Both the position numbers and the translations under genes were made by a program. Source: Arthrobacter sp. (GTDB taxonomy: Bacteria; Actinomycetota; Actinomycetes; Actinomycetales; Micrococcaceae). Taken from it: 64,000 bases of DNA. Shown one piece after another: positions 9,237 through 16,626 of this stretch (position 1 is its first letter; each line of letters opens with the position of its first letter). The stretch covers positions 23,950 to 87,949 of the forward strand of contig NZ_DALZXY010000002.1 in NCBI RefSeq assembly GCF_031988865.1, in the 5' to 3' direction. The notes beneath the pieces are model-generated. The model worked only from the letters and a program-made list of their open reading frames with translations, did no database searches and was not told the origin of the DNA.

Positions 9237-10211
9237 CTAGCCCAGGCTGGGAGCGTGGTCGGGCGGCAGCGGAATGTAGATGTTTCCGGTGGTGACCCCG
9301 CCCGTGGTGACTTCCTCTTCCTCCGGGCCGGCCGCGCCGCCGACAGGCAGCACCATGTCCGGCTCCACTGCCAGCTGGCGCAGCGCAGCGGCCGCTTCCT
9401 GGGCAGTCGGGCGAACGTCGGGAAGACGCGCTGTCATAGCACGCAGCAGCTCGACCCAGTCCTCCCCGAGGGAGCTGGGGATCTCGGGATCCCGGAGCAG
9501 GCGGGCAACTGCCGCTTCCACTATCGGACCGGGGAAGGCTTTCTCTCCGGTCAGTGATTCGAGGAGTACGAGGCCAAGGGAGTAGATGTCGGTGGAGGGC
9601 TGAACAGTGCCGCCCTGGGCCTGCTCCGGACTCAGGTAATTCGCCGTGCCGATGGTGGCCCCGTGAGCCGTTGCCACGGTGGCCTCCACGAGGCGGGCGA
9701 TGCCGAAGTCCGTGAGTTTCGGGTAGAGGCGGGAATCGTGTTCCTGCGGATACAGCAGGATGTTGGCCGGCTTGACGTCCCGGTGGATGACGCCCATGGT
9801 GTGCACATAAGCCAGGGCATCGGCCAGATCGGCGCCGAGCGATGCTACCGACACCGCCGGCAGCGGACCGGACTTGAGGGTGCGGCGCAGATCCGGACCG
9901 TCAACCAGTTCCATCACGAGGTAGTTCAAGACGTGGCCGTCATCGTCGTGGTGCAGGCCGGCGTCGAGGAGGGTGACAAGCCCCGGGTGGTTCAGCGTTG
10001 CCAGCAGCAGTGTCTCGGTGTGCTGCCGGCGGTAGTCGTCGTCCTCCTGGACGGTGGGCCGAAACAGCTTTACGGCAACTTCGCGTCCGAGGTTCTCGTC
10101 TGTAGCCCGGTGCACGGAAGCGGCGCCGCCAGCTCCTATGAGCTCGGCGGTGCGGTAGCGCTGCCCCAGGAGTAGTTCCACAGGCGTCCTTACTTGGGAG
10201 TTGAACTGCAT
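9237..10211 (-). CDS. Serine/threonine protein kinase (Hanks type), kinase domain only
   Basis: GAGGAASV glycine loop, VAVK lysine, HRDVKPANIL catalytic loop, DFG, SPEQ. 324 aa with no transmembrane segment or sensor domain, only a short Pro/Gly/Glu tail. Confidence 0.92.
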   Translation of the reverse strand: MQFNSQVRTPVELLLGQRYRTAELIGAGGAASVHRATDENLGREVAVKLFRPTVQEDDDYRRQHTETLLLATLNHPGLVTLLDAGLHHDDDGHVLNYLVMELVDGPDLRRTLKSGPLPAVSVASLGADLADALAYVHTMGVIHRDVKPANILLYPQEHDSRLYPKLTDFGIARLVEATVATAHGATIGTANYLSPEQAQGGTVQPSTDIYSLGLVLLESLTGEKAFPGPIVEAAVARLLRDPEIPSSLGEDWVELLRAMTARLPDVRPTAQEAAAALRQLAVEPDMVLPVGGAAGPEEEEVTTGGVTTGNIYIPLPPDHAPSLG

Positions 10212-10366
10212 AAAACTGCAGCAAAAATGACGATGACGGGGAAGAGACGAAATGAAAGCACACTTACTAATAATTAAAGTGTACTGACAAATTTGATCTT
10301 ACCTGCCCCAACACCCACGCAGCCCGCTTTAAAGGCTTTCGTGACCAAGTCTTGACAGGGCGTGCC

Positions 10367-11182
10367 TCACGCCGGGGTAGTCGGACCGGGATCCAGGAAC
10401 GAGAGCGCGGCCGATTTGAAGGCCCGCGAGGTCACGGCGTTGGCGTGGCTGCGGCCCGGCAGCAGGAGCAGATCCGCGCGCCCGCTCAGCTCAGCCAGCC
10501 GCGGTGCGGTCGCTGCCAGCCCGTCCTTGTCCCCGGCAACAAGCAGCAGCGGCATGGCCGGAACGGCGTCCTCGGGGCGGAAGGGCTCTGACTTGATGGC
10601 CTCGATCAGCGTGAACAGCGCCTCAAGGTCATTTGACGGGACCAGCGTCGCCATCCGCAGCAGGTCCGCGCTGACCGGATCGGGAAGCGGGGCGCCCCCG
10701 GCTAGTGAGGCGCGCGCGCCGGCAAGGTCGAAGTCTGCCAGCGGGTCCCCGGCACCCGGGCCGCCCAGGACCATCCTGTGTACGTAACCGGGTGTGTCGG
10801 CCCCGAGCTCCCAAGCCAGGCGGGAGCCCAGCGAGTAGCCAACAACATCTACGCCGGAGGACTCATCGCCCTCCTCGAGCGGGCGGACGCCTGCCGAGGT
10901 AAGCAGCCGCATCAGCCCGGACCGGATCCGGCTGGGCAGGTAGAGCTCTTGTGCTGCGGGGGCAGGGCTGCGGCCGTGGCCGGGAAGGTCGACGGCGAGA
11001 ACCTTCCGGCCCGCTTCGGTGAGCGCAGCGATCCAGCCGGTGGACTGCCAGTTCATTTCAGCCGAAGAGGCAAAGCCGTGCAACAGCAGTACTGGACGCA
11101 GTCCGGCATCCGCACCCCGGGCAGGTTCGAAGACCTCGAGGTGCAGTGCCGGATCGGTTCCGTTGAGGGTTTCCGCCGCCAT
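10367..11182 (-). CDS. Alpha/beta-fold hydrolase, AcoC C-terminal-domain-like
   Basis: LLLHGF oxyanion motif, GYSLGS nucleophile elbow, late GRSHAN histidine. The start ATG overlaps the stop of the lipoyl-domain gene (TAATG). Confidence 0.85.
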   Translation of the reverse strand: MAAETLNGTDPALHLEVFEPARGADAGLRPVLLLHGFASSAEMNWQSTGWIAALTEAGRKVLAVDLPGHGRSPAPAAQELYLPSRIRSGLMRLLTSAGVRPLEEGDESSGVDVVGYSLGSRLAWELGADTPGYVHRMVLGGPGAGDPLADFDLAGARASLAGGAPLPDPVSADLLRMATLVPSNDLEALFTLIEAIKSEPFRPEDAVPAMPLLLVAGDKDGLAATAPRLAELSGRADLLLLPGRSHANAVTSRAFKSAALSFLDPGPTTPA

Positions 11183-11511
11183 TAGTCCTCGTCCAGGACT
11201 GCGGACAGCCGGACCCGGCGGCGTGCCGGAGCTTCCTCGGGAACGGTGCCCACGATCCCGGCAGTGTTATCCGGAACCTCGAACACCACCAGCGGTTCAC
11301 CGACGTTGATCTTTTCGCCCGGCTCGCCGTAGATGCGGGCCACGATGCCTGCCTGCGGTGAGGGGAGCTCGACGGCGGACTTGGACGTTTCCACCTCAAC
11401 CAGCGGCTGGTTGCGTTCCACCTGGTCGCCGGGGGCCACCAGCCACTCCAGGACGGTCGCTTCGATCAGGCCTTCGCCGAGGTCGGGAAGGGGAAAGGAA
11501 ATTTCAGCCAC
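11182..11511 (-). CDS. Stand-alone lipoyl (biotin/lipoyl attachment) domain protein
   Basis: FPLPDLGEGLIEATV...VEVETSKSAVELPSP...GEPL is a complete lipoyl domain, followed by a charged linker. I chose the GTG at 11511 because it overlaps the E1-beta stop (GTGGCTGA). The listed ORF extends to 11586, inside the E1-beta gene. Confidence 0.8.
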   Translation of the reverse strand: MAEISFPLPDLGEGLIEATVLEWLVAPGDQVERNQPLVEVETSKSAVELPSPQAGIVARIYGEPGEKINVGEPLVVFEVPDNTAGIVGTVPEEAPARRRVRLSAVLDED

Positions 11512-12553
11512 GCCGGTACTCCAATACTCGCTGGATCCCAAAGAGGATGCGGTCAATGTTCGGGATATATTCGTCTTCGAGGTCACCTGAGGGATACGGT
11601 ACGTCGAATCCGGTGATGCGTTCCACCGGAGCGCGCAGGGTGTCGAAGCAGCGTTCGGTGATGAGGGCTGCCACTTCCGCTCCCAGTCCTGCGGTCAGCG
11701 GGGCTTCGTGCACCACCACGGCACGCCTGGTCCGGGCCACGGAAGCCGCCAGTCCTTCGGCGTCGATCGGCTTGAGCCAGCGCAGGTCCAGGACTTCGAT
11801 TTCGATGCCGTCCTCAGCGGCAAGCTCGGCCACCTGCAGGCAGCGGGCCACCATTGCGCCCCAGGCGACGAGGGTCAGGTGCTTTCCGGGGCGGACCACC
11901 TTGGAACCCAACGGGGATCCGGGATCCGCGAAGTCCACGGCGTCCTTCTGCCAGTAGCGGGACTTCGGTTCCATGAAGATCACCGGATCCTGGGCCGCCG
12001 CAGAATATTTCAGCAGGTGGTAGGCCTCGTGCGGGCTCGACGGCGAGACGACCTTCAGACCCGGAACATGCGCGAACAGCGCTTCGAGTGACTCGCCGTG
12101 GTGTTCGGGTGCACGGATGCCGCCGAAGCTGGGCACGCGCAGGGTCACCGGCATCGGCATGGTGCCGCGGCTGCGATAGTTCATGCGGGCGAGCTGCGTG
12201 ATGATCTGGTTGACGGCAGGGTAGGCGAAGCCATCGAACTGGACTTCGGGAATGGGGTGGAAGCCGGCCATCGCCAGTCCCACGGACATGCCCAGGATCC
12301 CGGACTCCGCCAGTGGGGTGTCGAAGACCCGATCAGCGCCGAAGCGCTTCTGGAGACCGTCGGTGATGCGGAAGACGCCGCCGAGCCTGCCGACGTCCTC
12401 CCCGAGCACCACGGCTTTTGGATCCTCGGCCAGGATCTCGGCCAGGGCGCGGTTCAGCGCCGCCTGCATGGAAATTGTTTCGACGGCAGCGGACTCAGGG
12501 GCGGGACTTGCTCCGTCCATGAGCCGGGCTCCTTCGGTCAGTTGGCTAGACAT
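11504..12553 (-). CDS. 2-oxoacid (pyruvate/acetoin/branched-chain) dehydrogenase E1 component, beta subunit
   Basis: 349 aa with typical transketolase-like pyrimidine-binding and C-terminal domains (DVGRLGGVFRIT..., FDTPLAE...). The start overlaps the E1-alpha stop. Confidence 0.92.
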   Translation of the reverse strand: MSSQLTEGARLMDGASPAPESAAVETISMQAALNRALAEILAEDPKAVVLGEDVGRLGGVFRITDGLQKRFGADRVFDTPLAESGILGMSVGLAMAGFHPIPEVQFDGFAYPAVNQIITQLARMNYRSRGTMPMPVTLRVPSFGGIRAPEHHGESLEALFAHVPGLKVVSPSSPHEAYHLLKYSAAAQDPVIFMEPKSRYWQKDAVDFADPGSPLGSKVVRPGKHLTLVAWGAMVARCLQVAELAAEDGIEIEVLDLRWLKPIDAEGLAASVARTRRAVVVHEAPLTAGLGAEVAALITERCFDTLRAPVERITGFDVPYPSGDLEDEYIPNIDRILFGIQRVLEYRRG

Positions 12554-13580
12554 GCTCGGATTCCTCCCGCCAGGCGCGTGCCTGGGCCTTCAATGCGTCA
12601 GTGGGTTCTGCGAAGACGAAATCGAACATTTCCGTCCCCGGCCGGGACCCGAGGGCCTGGACGCCTTCGCGGACGGTCTCGGTGTGCGCCTTGGCTTCGG
12701 CCGCAGCAGCGTCCAGGAACTCCTGGGTACCTGCTCCGGTTGCCAGGACGAGTTCGGCAAGCCGCGAGACCGGATCGGTGCCGGCATCGCGGCGCTCATC
12801 GTCCAGGGTCCGGTAGCGGCCGGGATCATCACTGGTGGAGTGGGGACCGCGGCGGTAAGTCATGGCTTCAATCAGTACCGGGCCCCTGCCGGCGCGGGCA
12901 TGGCCCAGCGCACTGCGGGTGGCGCGGACGACGGCGGCGGCATCGTTGCCGTCCACGGTCACCGATGCCATTCCGTATCCGGCGGCACGGGCCGCCACAG
13001 TGCCGCCGGCAACCTGCTCTTCGGTGGGCAGCGAAATCGCCCATCCGTTGTTCTGTACGAAGAAGATCACCGGAGCCTTCAGCACCCCGGCGAAGTTCAT
13101 GGCCTCGTGGATATCGCCCTGCGAGCTGGCGCCGTCACCGAAGTAGGTGATCGCTACCGGCAGGTCCGCTCCGGGCTCGGCAGAGAGCCGGGCTCCGTGC
13201 GCCCAGCCGACGGCGTGCAGCACCGAACCGCCCACAACGGCCTGGATGGGCGCCAGCCGCGTCTGGACCGGGTCGTAAAGCCCGCCGTGCCAGCTGGCCT
13301 TGTGAGTGGACATGTATTCCACCATGTCCACGCCCAGGGCCAGTGCGACGCCCATTTCCCGGTAGGTCGGGAACAGGAAGTCCCTGGCCGGGTCCATCGC
13401 AAAGGCGCTGCCCACCTGGGCCGCTTCCTGCCCCAGCTCCGGAGCGTAACCGGGGATGATGCCCTGGCGCTGCCAGGCGACGGCGGCCAGGTCCAGTTCC
13501 CGTGTGGCGCATACCAGCGAAAAGAGCCGGCGCAGTTCCTCGTGAGTGAGCTCCGGAGTGCTCTTGGTATCTAGATCCAT
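12546..13580 (-). CDS. 2-oxoacid dehydrogenase E1 component, alpha subunit (TPP-dependent)
   Basis: TPP motif GDGASSQGDIHEAMNFAGVLKAPVIFFVQNNGWA. I used the start MDLDTKSTPE (ATG 13580). The listed start at 13649 adds 23 unlikely residues that run into AT-rich promoter-like DNA. Confidence 0.9.
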   Translation of the reverse strand: MDLDTKSTPELTHEELRRLFSLVCATRELDLAAVAWQRQGIIPGYAPELGQEAAQVGSAFAMDPARDFLFPTYREMGVALALGVDMVEYMSTHKASWHGGLYDPVQTRLAPIQAVVGGSVLHAVGWAHGARLSAEPGADLPVAITYFGDGASSQGDIHEAMNFAGVLKAPVIFFVQNNGWAISLPTEEQVAGGTVAARAAGYGMASVTVDGNDAAAVVRATRSALGHARAGRGPVLIEAMTYRRGPHSTSDDPGRYRTLDDERRDAGTDPVSRLAELVLATGAGTQEFLDAAAAEAKAHTETVREGVQALGSRPGTEMFDFVFAEPTDALKAQARAWREESEHV

Positions 13581-13912
13581 GTGCTGAAAAGTAACCGCAA
13601 TCACGTCAACTTGGCAATCTAGGACGGTATAGGTGCGCACACTGTGCATCTTGCATCCTGATTACCGGAACTACCTAAACAAATTGATAGGTGGATGTGG
13701 GAATTGGTCGTCAGACATCGGGTTGTGGTCGAAAGTCGATCGCGCCGGCCACCGCGCCAGCCGGGCGCAATCCTGCAGGTGGCCGGCGCCGCGCCGCGGC
13801 AGGCGCCGGATTCAGGGGTCACGGAAGTTAATTCGCAGGTGCGGACTGGCATTTATTTTATTTCCCGGTATGGTCTGAAAGTATCCACTGGTTGAGTGAC
13901 ACAGGAGTGTAA

Positions 13913-14044
13913 ATGTCTGGAAAATCGCCGCAAGGATCCGACGCCAAAAAACCCGGCAGGTCGATCAAGGAGAAGCGGGCCGACAAGCGGGCCAAGTCAG
14001 CCGCCGACACCGAGGCTCTGCCGAGGAAGCGTAAGGGGCAGTAG
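13913..14044 (+). CDS. Candidate small, highly basic protein (43 aa; below the ORF-track cutoff)
   Basis: ACAGGAG lies 6 nt upstream of the ATG. It translates to MSGKSPQGSDAKKPGRSIKEKRADKRAKSAADTEALPRKRKGQ. I recall similar Lys/Arg-rich mini-proteins in actinobacterial genomes, but this is from memory and unverified. Confidence 0.45.
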   Translation: MSGKSPQGSDAKKPGRSIKEKRADKRAKSAADTEALPRKRKGQ

Positions 14045-14252
14045 CCAGGCCCGGGGGCAGTAGGCAGGTCAAGCGGGCTGGGGAGGGGTTCAGCGCAGAA
14101 ATTATTGCGGAAAACTAAAACACCGCGAAAATAAATGTTGCTGTTTTTCCCTGTTTTTATGGTTTTACACAACCGGAGGCGGTTTTATGCGCCGCGGCAG
14201 TGTTTCCCGCCGTGACCTTTTTACTGTTTATTCCCGCCAAAAATTATGAGTA

Positions 14253-14296
14253 CGGCAGAAGCCCCCGCTGGAGTTTTCCAGCGGGGGCTTCTGCCG
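14253..14296. terminator. Perfect 19-bp hairpin (6-nt loop)
   Basis: CGGCAGAAGCCCCCGCTGG-agtttt-CCAGCGGGGGCTTCTGCCG. There is no U tract on the plus strand, and a short T run lies 8 nt away on the minus strand. It sits 3 nt after the stop of a 20-codon mini-ORF and 134 nt upstream of the Lrp gene. Confidence 0.6.
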
Positions 14297-14429
14297 TGGC
14301 GTGCTGAGCAGTGTGGTATGCATGCGGATAGAGTTCCGGATGAGGGTCAGCGCGGCTGAGCCCTCCAGCCCAGGGTCGATGTCCTGGGCCACCGGTTGCG
14401 CTCCCACAGAAAGCCACAGAAAGGTTGCC

Positions 14430-14930
14430 ATGGCGACGGATCAGCTCGATGCCAGGATCGTCTCCCTTTTTACCGACGACCCCCGCATGTCGGTGCTTGA
14501 GGCATCACGCAAGCTGAAAGTTGCCCGGGCAACGGTGCAGGCTCGGCTGGACCGGATGCAGCGCAGCGGTGTGATCGCCGGGTGGGGGCCGCGGGTTGAT
14601 CCGGCTGCGCTCGGGTATGACGTCATCGCCTACTGTTCACTCACCATCCGGCAGGATCAGGGGCACGACGCCGTCGTCGCAGCGCTGTCCGAAATCCCGG
14701 AGATCCAGGAGGCGCACACGGTCTCTGGCGAGAGTGACCTGATTGCCCGAGTGGCGGCCCGTTCCAACTCTGACCTGCAGCGTGTCATTGACTCCATGGT
14801 CGCCACCGGAACGGTCCTGCGTTCCTCGTCCGTGATTGTGCTCAACACCCATTTCGAGGGGCGTATGCTTCCGCTGCTGCACGCGGCGGCCGGAGCCGAG
14901 GCTCCAGCCGGACCCGGGCAAAGCGCGTAA
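14430..14930 (+). CDS. Lrp/AsnC family transcriptional regulator
   Basis: N-terminal HTH (LDARIVSLFTDDPRMSVLEASRKLKVARATVQARLDRMQRSGVI) plus a C-terminal AsnC/RAM domain. I used the internal ATG (MATDQLD) of the listed 14301 ORF. Confidence 0.9.
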   Translation: MATDQLDARIVSLFTDDPRMSVLEASRKLKVARATVQARLDRMQRSGVIAGWGPRVDPAALGYDVIAYCSLTIRQDQGHDAVVAALSEIPEIQEAHTVSGESDLIARVAARSNSDLQRVIDSMVATGTVLRSSSVIVLNTHFEGRMLPLLHAAAGAEAPAGPGQSA

Positions 14931-14985
14931 CGTTGAGCTGGATTCGCGCCAACTGTTACTGATGTTCTAGGAAGGGCCTGCGGGG

Positions 14986-15708
14986 ATGAGTCCGAAGTAC
15001 GCAAATGTCTCCGAGCGGGAGCAGGAGCCGCCGTCGCTGGCCATTTCCACTGTGATCTTCGCGCTGCGCACGGATCCGGAGACCGGGCGGCTCAGCCTGT
15101 GGCTGCCCCTTGTCCGGCGGATCCGCCAGCCCTACCGGGAGCTGTGGGCCCTGCCCGGCGGGCCGCTGCGGCCCAGCGAATCCCTCCAGGACGCTGCAGC
15201 CCGGAACCTGAGGGAAACCACCGGGCTGTCACCGCGGTATCTCGAACAGCTGTATGCATTCGGCGGCCCGGACCGTTCGCCCTCTCCACGGGTGGTCTCC
15301 ATTGTGTACTGGGCGCTGGTGCAGCCGGACGAAGCAGCCCTGGCACGCCAGGATGAAAACGTCGGCTGGTTCCCGGCAGACGCTGTCGGAGAGCTCGCCT
15401 TCGATCACAACCAGATCATTGACTACGCCCTGTGGCGGCTGCGCAACAAGATGGAGTACGGCTCCATTGCCTATGCTTTCCTGGGCCCCACCTTCACGCT
15501 GGCGCAGGTCCGCGAGGTTTACGAAGCCGTCCTGGGCCGGGAACTGGACCCGGCTAACTTCCGCCGGCAGCTGCAGAGCACACAGGACATCGAGCGGACG
15601 GATTCCTTCCTCCAGGGCGGCCGCCACCGGCCACCGCGGCTGTACCGCTATACCGGGCCGGAACTGCAGACCGATGCATTCCCTTCGGAGGAAGCCACGG
15701 AATCCTGA
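14986..15708 (+). CDS. NrtR-like regulator (Nudix domain with degenerate Nudix box plus C-terminal winged-helix domain)
   Basis: The Nudix-box region is GPLRPSESLQDAAARNLRETTGL. The C-terminal part (FDHNQIIDYALWRLRNKMEYGSIAYAFLGPTFTLAQVREVYEAVLG) matches the NrtR-type DNA-binding extension as I remember it. Confidence 0.75.
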   Translation: MSPKYANVSEREQEPPSLAISTVIFALRTDPETGRLSLWLPLVRRIRQPYRELWALPGGPLRPSESLQDAAARNLRETTGLSPRYLEQLYAFGGPDRSPSPRVVSIVYWALVQPDEAALARQDENVGWFPADAVGELAFDHNQIIDYALWRLRNKMEYGSIAYAFLGPTFTLAQVREVYEAVLGRELDPANFRRQLQSTQDIERTDSFLQGGRHRPPRLYRYTGPELQTDAFPSEEATES

Positions 15709-15738
15709 CGGTCCCTTACGCCGTATTTATGCTCCGGC

Positions 15739-16626
15739 TCAGCCGTGGCCGCCGGTGGGGGACTGACCGGTATCGCCGTCTATGTTGAATCCAGGGCCGC
15801 CCGGCACTGATTCCAGCAGACGCCGGGTGTAGGGATGCTCCGGTGCAGAGTAGACCTGCTCGATCCCGCCGAATTCGACTAGGTCACCGTGATAGAGCAC
15901 TGCCACCTCGTCGCTGACGTGGCGGACGACGGAGAGATTGTGGGAGATGAAGAGCATTGTCAGCCCAAGGTCGCTCCGCAGCTCTCCCAGGAGGTTAAGG
16001 ATGTCCGCCTGGGTGGTCAGGTCCAGCGCCGACGTGATTTCGTCTGCGATAACGAGGTCCGGTTCCACCGCCAGCGCCCGGGCGATGCGCTGCCGCTGTC
16101 CACCGGAAAACTCATGCGGATACCGCTGGGCGGACTCCGGCGGAAGCGAGACCCGCTCCAGCCACCCGGTGATTGCTGCGGCATGGCGCCTGGGAGTGCC
16201 GCGCCGGGGATCGATGGCCTCGGCCAGTGTCTGTCCGATGGTTCGGCGCGGGTTCAGGGAGGAGTAGGGATCCTGCGGGATCAACTGCACCTTTCGGCGG
16301 AGCTCGCACAGCTGGGCGCCCCTTAGCCCCGTAGTATCCATTCCGTTGAAGCGGACTGAGCCGGCGGACGGTTTGATGTCACCCACCAGTGTGTTGGCGA
16401 ACGTCGACTTTCCGGAACCCGATTCGCCAACCAGCCCGACCGTTTGGCCGGGATGGACCCGCAGGCTAACTTCGTTCAGGATGCGCACACGCATCGCACC
16501 GGAACCGAGCTCGACCGTCAGGCCGTGGACATCGAGCAGGGGTGCGGTCACGACGTCGGGCGCAGTAATCGGCGGGGCGTGTCCCTGGAGAGGCGTGGGG
16601 CTGTCCATGCTTGTGCTTCCCTTCAT
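15739..16626 (-). CDS. Peptide/nickel-type ABC transporter ATP-binding protein (DppF/OppF-like)
   Basis: GESGSGKST, FSGGQRQR, VIADEITSALD. I chose the ATG at 16626, which overlaps the upstream stop (ATGA). The listed ORF starts at 16668. Confidence 0.9.
   Translation of the reverse strand: MKGSTSMDSPTPLQGHAPPITAPDVVTAPLLDVHGLTVELGSGAMRVRILNEVSLRVHPGQTVGLVGESGSGKSTFANTLVGDIKPSAGSVRFNGMDTTGLRGAQLCELRRKVQLIPQDPYSSLNPRRTIGQTLAEAIDPRRGTPRRHAAAITGWLERVSLPPESAQRYPHEFSGGQRQRIARALAVEPDLVIADEITSALDLTTQADILNLLGELRSDLGLTMLFISHNLSVVRHVSDEVAVLYHGDLVEFGGIEQVYSAPEHPYTRRLLESVPGGPGFNIDGDTGQSPTGGHG

Noticed and set aside
8959-9240. 93-aa Arg-rich plus-strand ORF.
   Set aside because: It has the composition typical of an off-frame in GC-rich DNA and no SD. 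The overlapping 59-aa acidic frame has a proper SD. Even that call is only tentative.
12252-13574. 440-aa plus-strand ORF (and 12098..13150).
   Set aside because: They are antisense to the E1 alpha/beta genes. There are no motifs and the composition is Arg/Gly-rich.
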